Source: Prevotella sp. (lineage in GTDB: Bacteria; Bacteroidota; Bacteroidia; Bacteroidales; Bacteroidaceae). From it: a DNA stretch of 64,000 nt. Shown one piece after another: positions 19,672 to 28,470 of this stretch (position 1 is its first letter; every line of letters begins with the position of its first letter). Made by a program: the position numbers and the translations under genes. The DNA lies in the NCBI GenBank assembly GCA_017965475.1, contig JAGCPV010000041.1:48620-112619 (forward strand), given 5' to 3'. The notes below the pieces were generated by a model. That model saw only the letters and a program-made list of their open reading frames with translations, did no database searches and was not told the origin of the DNA.

Positions 19672-19823
19672 TGAGTAACGTAGGATACTATATTTTCGTG
19701 CTGGTAGCATTGATGGTGGCCTTCATCGTCGTGAAGAAGGTGGCCTCGTGCATGATCAAGACGGCTGTACTGATTGCCTTGATTGTGATACTGGCAGTGG
19801 TCTATTGGCTGTATTTTATGTAG
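19671..19823 (+). CDS. small two-TM membrane protein (50 aa)
   Basis: Manual translation gives MSNVGYYIFVLVALMVAFIVVKKVASCMIKTAVLIALIVILAVVYWLYFM. TGATG coupling to the rluA stop; below the ORF-track cutoff. Confidence 0.75.
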   Translation: MSNVGYYIFVLVALMVAFIVVKKVASCMIKTAVLIALIVILAVVYWLYFM

Positions 19824-20460
19824 TATTCTCCTCTGCGAAGATACGCTCGAAGGTCTCGCGCAGTCTGTCAGGCTGGGCGATGAGATCGCGTAGGTCGTTG
19901 AGTTTCTTGGCATTGGGGGAGTTGGGAATCCACAGACGGATATAGCCGTCCTTGGAATATTTATTGTCCATGTGCTCCTTAAAGCGTTTCCAGTGCCCTT
20001 CCTTATCCATCTCCGGATAATTGCTGAGTCCGAACTGGACGGTGCGACGTACGACGGTCTCTGTATCGATATCACGATCCGCCTCAGCGACGATCTTGCC
20101 GTAGATGCTCCGTGGAGCACGGCTGGCAGAGGCACGGTGATCCTCTACGGCTTCCTTCATGATCTTGATCTGCTCAGGCGAGAACCATTTCTTCAGTCTG
20201 GCATCCGTCGCGAGGATCTTACCACCGCGCAGATGATGGTCGGCACGATGTCCGATCATGCCGAGGTCGTGATAGGCGGCAATGGTGTAGGCCATATTGA
20301 CATCGGCTCCCGTAGTCCTCACCAGTTCCAGGGAACTGCGGATGACACGGGTGACATGTTCCATGTTGTGGGCACGGTCGAAAGCGGCATAGCGGGGGAG
20401 TATCTGGGTCTCGATAAACTCCACTAGGTCAAGGCTAGGAGTACTGGATTGATAGTTCAT
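19816..20460 (-). CDS. HD domain-containing phosphohydrolase
   Basis: H...H, YHD, EDH, EADR motifs. Start at MNYQ, downstream of the promoter at 20500-20507. Confidence 0.85.
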   Translation of the reverse strand: MNYQSSTPSLDLVEFIETQILPRYAAFDRAHNMEHVTRVIRSSLELVRTTGADVNMAYTIAAYHDLGMIGHRADHHLRGGKILATDARLKKWFSPEQIKIMKEAVEDHRASASRAPRSIYGKIVAEADRDIDTETVVRRTVQFGLSNYPEMDKEGHWKRFKEHMDNKYSKDGYIRLWIPNSPNAKKLNDLRDLIAQPDRLRETFERIFAEENTT

Positions 20461-20546
20461 TGTTGGTGGGTTGTAGTGAAAAAGTCTGTCTTTTGTTTGC
20501 AAATATACGATTTTCTGATTACTTTTGCAAGAAAATTGTGAAAATA

Positions 20547-21464
20547 ATGATGGAAGACCAGATAATTAAGACCAATTCCGTGAAGGCGTGGCTGTTGGCA
20601 GCCCGTCCGAAGACCTTGTCAGGGGCTGCTGTTCCTGTGATGATTGGAGTTTCCTTGGCATGGGTGGACGCACAGGCTTTCTACGAGGAAGGGACATTCA
20701 GTTGGCTGGCAGCAGTACTCTGCCTGCTCTTTTCCTTCGCCATGCAGATCGATGCGAACTTCATCAACGACTTCTTCGACTTCGCCAACGGTACTGACGA
20801 CGTGGAGACGCGGTTGGGTCCCCGTAGGGCCTGTGCCCAGGGTTGGGTGAAGCTCGACGCGATGAAGAAAGCCATTGCTGCCACCACCTGTATTGCCTGT
20901 GTCATCGGATTACCGCTGGCTTGGTTCGGAGGACTGGAGATGATCCTCGTCGGGGCACTCTGTGTGGTCTTTGCCTTTCTATATACGACATTCTTCTCGT
21001 ATAAAGGACTGGGGGATGTGCTGGTTCTGGTGTTTTTTGGCATCGTGCCTGTCTGTTGTACTTATTATGTGCAGTTGCACACCGTCACGTGGCAGGTGTT
21101 TCTGGCTTCGTTGGCCTGTGGACTGGTGATCGATGCCCTGTTGATCGTGAATAATTTCCGCGACAGGGATAACGACCGTGAGGCGGGGAAGAATACGATT
21201 ATCGTGAAGTTAGGCGCTGAGGCTGGTCTCCAACTCTATCTCGCTGTCGGCATCGGCGCAATCATCTTGGGAGGTACGTTTTGGATGAATGGTCATCTGT
21301 TGGCGTTCGTCTTCCCATTCCTTTATCTCCTGATGCATGTCTTCACCTATCTGAAGATCAAACGGATCTATCAAGGGAAGGCGCTGAATCACTGCTTGGG
21401 AGAGACGGCGAGGAATATCTTTATCTACGGTCTCTGCGTGAGTATAGGGCTGATTCTGGTATAA
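20547..21464 (+). CDS. menA: 1,4-dihydroxy-2-naphthoate octaprenyltransferase
   Basis: ARPKTL, NFINDFFD..GTD, NNFRD...DREAGKNT motifs; multiple TM segments. Confidence 0.93.
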   Translation: MMEDQIIKTNSVKAWLLAARPKTLSGAAVPVMIGVSLAWVDAQAFYEEGTFSWLAAVLCLLFSFAMQIDANFINDFFDFANGTDDVETRLGPRRACAQGWVKLDAMKKAIAATTCIACVIGLPLAWFGGLEMILVGALCVVFAFLYTTFFSYKGLGDVLVLVFFGIVPVCCTYYVQLHTVTWQVFLASLACGLVIDALLIVNNFRDRDNDREAGKNTIIVKLGAEAGLQLYLAVGIGAIILGGTFWMNGHLLAFVFPFLYLLMHVFTYLKIKRIYQGKALNHCLGETARNIFIYGLCVSIGLILV

Positions 21465-21468
21465 TTTC

Positions 21469-23790
21469 CTAGTTGAAGAAATTCCAGGAGACGCCCCAAT
21501 GTATCACGTCGCTGTTCGTGGGGTAGTGGGGAGCAAGGAAGCGCATGCCATTACCGGAGCCACTGTTGATATGACTCATCATGATAAAGAAGCGTACCCC
21601 TTTCAGGACCATATTGGCATAGACGTCGATAAAGGGATAACCACCTAGTTCCACGCGACTGTTCTCATTCTTCTGAATAGCAAACTGTGTCAGCATCGGA
21701 CAATAATCCGGGGCGTAGTACTTCGTGAAATAAGTGGCATCAGCACCCAGTTCTACACCCAGCACTTTGGCAACCTTAAACTTCAAGTAGAGGTTCGTGA
21801 AGAAGTTCCAAGTAGGCAATGGGAGGACCGTCTTGTTACTGCTGTTCTGGTAAGTGATGACGTTCTCCCAGTTGATGACACCTAAACGGAAGTTCTGATG
21901 GAGTTGGGCAGTCAGGATATTAATGTTGCCACTCTCCTGATAGACACCAGCTGTCAATTTCGCACGACTGTCGGCATAGTAATCATAACTCATGCCATAG
22001 TAGGTGTAGTTCTGTATTTCCTCGATGGCCACACGCAGTTTGGTGTTCGTCTTCTGATAGCTAAAGAGACCTTCAATACGCGTACGGGTTTCTTTTGACA
22101 TATTATCATTGTCCCACCACAGATGCTTGGAGTGGAACTTACGCTGGAAGAACACAGGGTTGTTCCTATGGAAATAGGCCTTGGCTGCCAGTTGTACGGT
22201 ATCGCCGAAGAGAGCGAAGTTCACGTCGGTATTAAAATCCACATGCAACTGTCCAGAGTTGGCTCCTGCGAGCCATGCCTCAGCCATCAAATTGAAGTGA
22301 AGCGTCTTACCCTGCGTCTTACTGAGTTGTCCTCCGATGCTGACATCATGTTCGTTCCAGGTGGCCTGACTCGCTATGCCGTTTAGGGTGTCAGGCATCT
22401 CATAACGGTTGTAATCGTAGGTGACAAAGGCTTTCAGACCCGCCTTGACGTATTTGTTGAAGCCCTCCAACAGTGCCAGTCCGAAGGTGTTCTTGAACTG
22501 TCGGTTGCGCGTGATATCGTTGATGGAGTCGTTGCCTACTTCTGCATCTCGGGTGTAATAACGATTCAGATAATAGTTGTCCATGGTATGGTAGGCCAGA
22601 TAGATGTGGCGATAGTTGTTATACTCCATGGTGTGGATGAAGCTCGTAACTGGCACGTATTCCTGTTTCATCGTGGCATCAATGGAGTCCTGGATGGCCT
22701 GTGCCCTGTTCAGACTGTCGATGGCAGCCTGACCATCCACCTTGATACGGGTGGTATCGATGGCGACACTCAGGGAATCAGGTTTGGGCTGTGCGCCCAT
22801 GACTTTGGCTCCGATAGGACGTCCCATGGGTTTGGCATCGTCTCTTCCTCTGCCAGGCCCATCCTGGTCACCGTCTTTTGCCTCCTTCTCCTTTTTCGAC
22901 GCCATGGCAAACTCACGGGCTTTCAGTTCTGCCTCTGTCATCTTGACCTTCCGATAGAAGCCGATATTATAACGGTGGGTCAGGAATATGTGCTGATGGT
23001 CGTTGCGATTCCAGTTCTCAGTGAGTACAGTGGGTATCTCGTTCTCGTTATAGTTGTCTTGGAACGATTCTGGATGCGTAATGAAGTTATCATCGGTGAT
23101 ACCACCATTCTCTGCGGCCTTCTGATGACTGGTATTAAAAAACAGGTGTAGGTTATATCGGTCGCCAATATAGGAACCAAACAAAGTGCCGTTGAAATGA
23201 GAGACACTTTGATCGTCGAAGTATCCTCTGGCATAGGCATAGTCGAGATCGAAACCAACATTAATCTTCTTACCGGCATTTATCGCGAACTTTGCATCGA
23301 TATGATCCTCGCCATTGGTCTTGTCTCCACAGTTGTCGTAGAGTACATTCGTGTAGGGAGACAAGGTGTTCATGAACAGGAACTTCTCGGGTCTTTTATC
23401 CACAAAACTATAGGGCTGGGTAAAGATGAAGATGTCGCTCTCTGGTCGGTTGATGAAGATCCTGCTCAAGCGTGGTGTATAGTTGCTGCCCGTATGGTTG
23501 TATTCACCATACATGCCACTGTTGAAAGTGGTGTTCATGAACAGATGGGGGACGGTGTCTGGTTCTACGAAGATCCTGTCACCGAATTTCCTGTCAAGTG
23601 TCCATGTGTAGAAGCCCTTGGGAATCTCCTTGTTGCGCGTAGTGTCGTTGTTGTGTTTGTTGAAGTTCTGATTATCGTCGCGTTGTGTGATATTTCCTGT
23701 TTCGTCAATCTGGCTAAATGTATTCTGAGCACTGACAGTTGATGCCAGGGCCATTCCAGCGAACAGTAATAGTATGCGTCTTATTTTCAT
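21469..23790 (-). CDS. putative porin / outer-membrane beta-barrel protein
   Basis: Signal peptide, alternating beta-strand pattern, C-terminal GVSWNFFN. Confidence 0.8.
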   Translation of the reverse strand: MKIRRILLLFAGMALASTVSAQNTFSQIDETGNITQRDDNQNFNKHNNDTTRNKEIPKGFYTWTLDRKFGDRIFVEPDTVPHLFMNTTFNSGMYGEYNHTGSNYTPRLSRIFINRPESDIFIFTQPYSFVDKRPEKFLFMNTLSPYTNVLYDNCGDKTNGEDHIDAKFAINAGKKINVGFDLDYAYARGYFDDQSVSHFNGTLFGSYIGDRYNLHLFFNTSHQKAAENGGITDDNFITHPESFQDNYNENEIPTVLTENWNRNDHQHIFLTHRYNIGFYRKVKMTEAELKAREFAMASKKEKEAKDGDQDGPGRGRDDAKPMGRPIGAKVMGAQPKPDSLSVAIDTTRIKVDGQAAIDSLNRAQAIQDSIDATMKQEYVPVTSFIHTMEYNNYRHIYLAYHTMDNYYLNRYYTRDAEVGNDSINDITRNRQFKNTFGLALLEGFNKYVKAGLKAFVTYDYNRYEMPDTLNGIASQATWNEHDVSIGGQLSKTQGKTLHFNLMAEAWLAGANSGQLHVDFNTDVNFALFGDTVQLAAKAYFHRNNPVFFQRKFHSKHLWWDNDNMSKETRTRIEGLFSYQKTNTKLRVAIEEIQNYTYYGMSYDYYADSRAKLTAGVYQESGNINILTAQLHQNFRLGVINWENVITYQNSSNKTVLPLPTWNFFTNLYLKFKVAKVLGVELGADATYFTKYYAPDYCPMLTQFAIQKNENSRVELGGYPFIDVYANMVLKGVRFFIMMSHINSGSGNGMRFLAPHYPTNSDVIHWGVSWNFFN

Positions 23791-23951
23791 TTAATCATTC
23801 TCAAAGATGATTCAGCGATCTTGAAGCACATGGCAATCAAAATGATATAGGTACCCGTCGTCTTATCCTTGGTGAGATAATAGATGACGCCGATAACGGC
23901 CATGATCATGAAGATTATGTTCAGCCAGTTACGTATCTGATCCTTGCTCAT
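23787..23951 (-). CDS. small two-TM membrane protein (54 aa)
   Basis: Manual translation gives MSKDQIRNWLNIIFMIMAVIGVIYYLTKDKTTGTYIILIAMCFKIAESSLRMIK. ATGA overlap with the porin start; fills the operon gap. Confidence 0.75.
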   Translation of the reverse strand: MSKDQIRNWLNIIFMIMAVIGVIYYLTKDKTTGTYIILIAMCFKIAESSLRMIK

Positions 23952-23956
23952 GCCTC

Positions 23957-24574
23957 TTATTCGTTAAGCAACGTTTTGAACTTATTGAAGATAAAGTCCT
24001 TGCGGTCGATGGTCTTCCTACGGAACTTGCCCGAGAGGGGATAAAGCTTCGTATGCTTCTTGTTGACACAGTATTTGTCTGTGATCCATTCCTCTGCCAG
24101 ATAGTGGGTAGGCTTACGTTCAAGGTCGTAGTCGTAGGTGATACGGGTCAGTTTCACGTCAGCCTTCCCATCGGCACAGGTAACAAGGATCTGGTAATTG
24201 AACTGTGTACGGTCGAGGGAGAATGTGGCACTCTTAAAGACCAGCCACTCATGGAACACCGTTCCCAGTTCAAGGTTCACGGAATCCTTGACGGCCACGA
24301 TGCTGTTCTCTATCTGATTGGGCTCCTCCGTCATCTTCGTGAGTTGCTTGAGGAGGATATCATATATCTGTTTGGCGCTCTTTCCAGGAGCTTGGATTGT
24401 CGTCTCCCAACAGACCTTGCCGTCAATGACGGGGACAGCATCCGGTAATAAGTACTTGGCATCAGGGTTCTCTTTAGAGGTAGGCTCCACCTCAATGCGC
24501 TCCCATGTATTGTCCTGAGCTGATGCCCATAGTGGCAACAGTGTCAGTAGTGCTATCAACAGTCTTTTCATCAT
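23957..24574 (-). CDS. DUF4468-like exported protein
   Basis: Signal peptide; YL..AVP..DGKV, LVF...FSLDR, AEEWITD, KFRRKTID motifs. Confidence 0.7.
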   Translation of the reverse strand: MMKRLLIALLTLLPLWASAQDNTWERIEVEPTSKENPDAKYLLPDAVPVIDGKVCWETTIQAPGKSAKQIYDILLKQLTKMTEEPNQIENSIVAVKDSVNLELGTVFHEWLVFKSATFSLDRTQFNYQILVTCADGKADVKLTRITYDYDLERKPTHYLAEEWITDKYCVNKKHTKLYPLSGKFRRKTIDRKDFIFNKFKTLLNE

Positions 24575-24626
24575 GATTCTTCCTTAAAATCCAGCGCAAA
24601 AGTACTAAGAATATTCAATAATCAGG

Positions 24627-24653
24627 CACGGATTACACGGATTAACATCGATT
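24627..24653. repeat. 9-bp tandem repeat CACGGATTA (2 exact copies + 1 degenerate)
   Basis: cacggatta cacggatta acatcgatt, intergenic. Confidence 0.65.
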
Positions 24654-24674
24654 TTGTTATTTTTTCACTTTTGA

Positions 24675-26702
24675 TTATTTCAATTCCAGTTCTTTCTGAA
24701 GTCTGATAATCTCGTCGCGGTACTGGGCTGCCTGTAGGAAGTCGAGGGCCTTGGCGGCTTCTTTCATCAGACGGGTCGTTTCCGCGATAGTCTTCTCCAG
24801 TTGTGGTCTTATCATCCGCTCCAAGATCGGATCTGCGGCCAGTGCAGCTCCTGCATCAGGCACCAACATGGCTCTTCTCAGCTCCTTCACGTCAGGACGG
24901 TCTTCTCTCTGCAGGGCACCAGTGCTGATATTCTTCACGATCTGCTTAGGTGTGATATGATGCTCCTCATTGTAGCGGATTTGTTTCTCACGTCTTCGCA
25001 GAGTCTCGTCAATGGTCTGCTGCATGGAAGCTGTGATGGTGTCTGCATACATGATCACCTTGCCATTCACGTTTCTCGCGGCACGGCCTGCTGTCTGCGT
25101 CAGACTTCTGTGACTGCGCAAGAACCCCTCCTTATCGGCATCGAGGATGGCAACCAACGATACTTCGGGAAGGTCCAATCCCTCACGCAACAGGTTCACA
25201 CCCACCAACACATCATAGACCCCCTGCCGTAGATCGTTGAGAATCTGCACACGGTCGAGCGTCTTCACTTCGCTATGGATATAACTGGTCTTGACACCAT
25301 GGTTCAGCAAGTATTCTGCTAATTCCTCTGCCATACGTTTTGTCAGGGTGGTGACGAGCACACGTTCTCCCCGTTGGCTGCGCACTTGTATCTCCTCCAT
25401 CAGGTCATCGATCTGATTCTCACTTGGACGCACCTCAATCTCAGGATCCAGCAGTCCTGTGGGACGGATGACCTGTTCCACAACTACACCCTCTGCCTCC
25501 GCCAGTTCGAAGTCTGCGGGTGTGGCACTGACGTAGATGACCTGGTTCACCTCCTGCAGGAACTCCTCAAAGCGCAGCGGACGGTTGTCGAAAGCAGCAG
25601 GAAGACGGAAACCGTACTCCACCAGGTTGCTTTTCCTGCTACGGTCTCCTCCGTACATCGCACTGAGCTGGGGAACTGATACATGGCTCTCGTCGATGAA
25701 GAGCAGATAATCCTTCGGGAAGAAGTCGAGCAGACAATAGGGCCTTTCCCCAGCCTTGCGTCCGTCGAAATAGCGACTGTAGTTCTCGATGCCAGAGCAG
25801 TGTCCAAGTTCCTTGATCATCTCCATATCGTACTCTACGCGCTCTTTGATACGTTGGGCTTTGATGGGATCACCCATCTCCTCGAAGAAGGCAATCTGTT
25901 TCACCAGGTCGTCCTGAATATCGTGAATGGCGATGTTGGTCTGTTCCTGAGAGGTCATAAAAAGGTTGGCAGGGTAGAGCTTGTATTCCTCGAAACGTGC
26001 CAGACGATCGAAGGTGACGGCATCCATCTCTTCAATGCTATCGATCTCATCGTCCCAGAACGTGATGCGCAGTACCACCTCACTATAGGCCATCGCCACA
26101 TCCACCGTATCACCTTTTGCACGGAAGTTGCCGCGTTGCAGATCGAGGTCGTTACGGATATATAGAGATTGCACTAATTTCCTTAACAAAGCATTGCGAT
26201 CCAACTTCTGTCCTACGTGTAATTCAATGACGTTTTCCTGCAAAGCTACAGGACTTCCCATACCGTATATACATGAAACAGAAGATACAACAATAACATC
26301 GTTTCTCCCTGATAATAAGTTTGATACGGCAGAAAGTCTTAGACGGTCTATTTCGTCGTTGATAGCCAGATCTTTCTCTATATAGGTGTCTGTTGTGGGG
26401 AGGTAAGCCTCTGGCTGGTAATAATCGTAATAACTGACATAATACTCTACGGCATTCTGTGGAAAGAATTCTTTCATTTCCGCATACAACTGATGAGCCA
26501 ATGTCTTGTTATGGCTGAGGATGAGTGTCGGACGGTTATGGTTGGCGATGACATTAGCCATTGTGAAGGTCTTACCTGAACCCGTAACACCCAATAGGAC
26601 CTGTGACTTGTCGCCACGGTCCAGTCCCTCTGTCAGTTCTCTGATAGCTTCGGGTTGATCACCTGTCGGTTTGTAATCTGATGTTAATATAAATCTGCCC
26701 AT
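24675..26702 (-). CDS. uvrB: excinuclease ABC subunit B
   Basis: GVTGSGKT, YYDYYQPEAY, DESH, NLLREGLD, QTAGRAARN motifs; UVR domain. Confidence 0.97.
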   Translation of the reverse strand: MGRFILTSDYKPTGDQPEAIRELTEGLDRGDKSQVLLGVTGSGKTFTMANVIANHNRPTLILSHNKTLAHQLYAEMKEFFPQNAVEYYVSYYDYYQPEAYLPTTDTYIEKDLAINDEIDRLRLSAVSNLLSGRNDVIVVSSVSCIYGMGSPVALQENVIELHVGQKLDRNALLRKLVQSLYIRNDLDLQRGNFRAKGDTVDVAMAYSEVVLRITFWDDEIDSIEEMDAVTFDRLARFEEYKLYPANLFMTSQEQTNIAIHDIQDDLVKQIAFFEEMGDPIKAQRIKERVEYDMEMIKELGHCSGIENYSRYFDGRKAGERPYCLLDFFPKDYLLFIDESHVSVPQLSAMYGGDRSRKSNLVEYGFRLPAAFDNRPLRFEEFLQEVNQVIYVSATPADFELAEAEGVVVEQVIRPTGLLDPEIEVRPSENQIDDLMEEIQVRSQRGERVLVTTLTKRMAEELAEYLLNHGVKTSYIHSEVKTLDRVQILNDLRQGVYDVLVGVNLLREGLDLPEVSLVAILDADKEGFLRSHRSLTQTAGRAARNVNGKVIMYADTITASMQQTIDETLRRREKQIRYNEEHHITPKQIVKNISTGALQREDRPDVKELRRAMLVPDAGAALAADPILERMIRPQLEKTIAETTRLMKEAAKALDFLQAAQYRDEIIRLQKELELK

Positions 26703-26709
26703 GAGCCTG

Positions 26710-26799
26710 CAAAGATAATAAAAAATTCATAATTAGTTATCCATCAGTCATAATTTTCTGCAAAAACCTTTGTAATTTGAGTGAAAAACACTAATTTTG
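26710..26799. promoter_or_regulatory. divergent promoters (uvrB / bamD), both with very short leaders
   Basis: TATCTTTG (- strand, 26710-26717) is 7 nt from the uvrB ATG; TAATTTTG (+ strand, 26792-26799) is 9 nt from the bamD ATG. Confidence 0.7.
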
Positions 26800-26808
26800 C
26801 ACCCCGAA

Positions 26809-27636
26809 ATGAAGAAGTGTATCATTATACTCTCATGTTTGACACTCCTGATGGGCAGTTGCTCGTCAGAATTTGCCAGTGTCTATAAGTATGGCGATAC
26901 GGAAGCCAAATACGAGGCTGCCAAGGAATTTTTCGCCCGCGGCAAGTTCCAGCAGGCATCAGATCTGCTGGAAGATATTGTGACTATCAAGAAGGGTTCT
27001 GATGAGGCTCAGGAATGTCTTTATATGTTGGCTATGGCGCAGTATTGTAACGCTGACTATGAGGCTGCTTCAGAAACCTTTAAGAAATATGGTTCCAGCT
27101 ATCCCCGTGGATTATATGCAGAACATGCGGCTTTCTATGTAGGTGAGTCTCTCTATGAAAGTTCGCCGGAGCCTCGTCTCGACCAGTCGCCTACTAATGG
27201 TGCTATTAATGCCTATCAGCAGTTTATGGATCTCTATCCTGACTCGAAATTACGTCCTCGTGCTCAGGAAAGACTCTATGAGCTTTACGATAAACTGATC
27301 CAGAAGGAATACATCTCTGCGGAGCTCTATTATAACCTCGGTGGTTACTTTGGAAATATCAATTCCAATGATGAGAGTAACTATAACGCTAGTATTATCA
27401 CGGCCCAGAACGCCTTGAAGACTTATCCCTATTGTAGTTTGCGTGAGGATTTCATGCTGCTCATCATGAAGAGTAAGTTCCAGTTGGCTGAGAATAGTAC
27501 AGAAGAGAGACGTTTGGAGCGTTACCGTGATGCTGAGGATGAATGCTACGGTTTCATCAATGAGTTCCCTGACTCCAAGAATGTCTCCACAGCGGAGAAA
27601 TATATCGCCAAGTGCAAGAAAGTAATAAAGGATTAA
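26809..27636 (+). CDS. bamD: outer membrane protein assembly factor BamD
   Basis: Lipobox LMGSC; TPRs; SPEPRLDQSPT; upstream of rpoZ, as is usual in Bacteroidales. Confidence 0.88.
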   Translation: MKKCIIILSCLTLLMGSCSSEFASVYKYGDTEAKYEAAKEFFARGKFQQASDLLEDIVTIKKGSDEAQECLYMLAMAQYCNADYEAASETFKKYGSSYPRGLYAEHAAFYVGESLYESSPEPRLDQSPTNGAINAYQQFMDLYPDSKLRPRAQERLYELYDKLIQKEYISAELYYNLGGYFGNINSNDESNYNASIITAQNALKTYPYCSLREDFMLLIMKSKFQLAENSTEERRLERYRDAEDECYGFINEFPDSKNVSTAEKYIAKCKKVIKD

Positions 27637-27651
27637 ACATTAAATATCAAT

Positions 27652-27990
27652 ATGGATTACAAGAAATCAAAAGCCCCCGTTAATACTGTAACCCGTAATA
27701 TCATGGATCTTTGCCGTGATACGGATAATATCTACGAGAGTGTGGCCATCATCTCAAAGCGTGCTAATCAGATCAGTCTCCAGATCAAGGAGGACCTGTC
27801 GAAGAAACTGGCAGAGTTCGCATCCTATAACGACTCTCTGGAAGAGGTGTTTGAGAACCGTGAGCAGATTGAGATTTCCCGTTATTACGAGAAGTTGCCA
27901 AAGGCCTCTCTCCTTGCCACGCAGGAGTTCATTGAGAACAAGGTCTATTGGCGCGATCCTTCCAAGGAGGCTGCTACAGACGAGAACTGA
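27652..27990 (+). CDS. rpoZ: DNA-directed RNA polymerase subunit omega (Bacteroidetes type)
   Basis: NIYESVAIISKRANQI and EVFENREQIEISRYYEKLPK motifs. Confidence 0.88.
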   Translation: MDYKKSKAPVNTVTRNIMDLCRDTDNIYESVAIISKRANQISLQIKEDLSKKLAEFASYNDSLEEVFENREQIEISRYYEKLPKASLLATQEFIENKVYWRDPSKEAATDEN

Positions 27991-28005
27991 TAATCCTTCT
28001 GTGGC

Positions 28006-28467
28006 ATGATTCAGCGTAAGCAGACACTTTACATCTTGGCGGCCATCGTGATGACCGTCATTTGTCTTTGTATGCAGATAGGTTCCTTCAAGGCTGCCGG
28101 CCTTGAGGTGGCTCGTGTCTATAACCTATGGTTCACTGATCCTCTGGGTAAGCACCATTTCGACACATGGCCTCTGTTGGCCATTTTGTTACCAACGGCC
28201 GTGCTGGGCACCTACACGATTTTCCTCTATCATAACAGGAAGGTGCAGGCTTTGTTCTGCTTGTTCAACGCCCTGTTGATTGTTGGATGGTATGTGTGTT
28301 TCTTCGTGATTTCCCAAGTGGTAGGCGATAAGTCGTGGAGTACGGTTGATTTCCGTCCTTCATGGCCAGCAGTCTTTCCTGCCATCGCATTAGTACTATA
28401 CCTGATGGCGCGTCGTGCTATCAATGCCGACGAGAAACTCGTCCGTTCGATGGACAGAATCAGATAA
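28006..28467 (+). CDS. DUF4293 family membrane protein
   Basis: MIQRKQT N-terminus, DEKLVRSMDRIR C-terminus, four TM segments. Confidence 0.82.
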   Translation: MIQRKQTLYILAAIVMTVICLCMQIGSFKAAGLEVARVYNLWFTDPLGKHHFDTWPLLAILLPTAVLGTYTIFLYHNRKVQALFCLFNALLIVGWYVCFFVISQVVGDKSWSTVDFRPSWPAVFPAIALVLYLMARRAINADEKLVRSMDRIR

Positions 28468-28470
28468 GTG

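Noticed and set aside
20424-20455. Further CTAG-repeat copy at the HD-gene N-terminus
   Set aside because: Only two cores are 9 bp apart (20435, 20444) and the third is off-phase, which is too weak to call.
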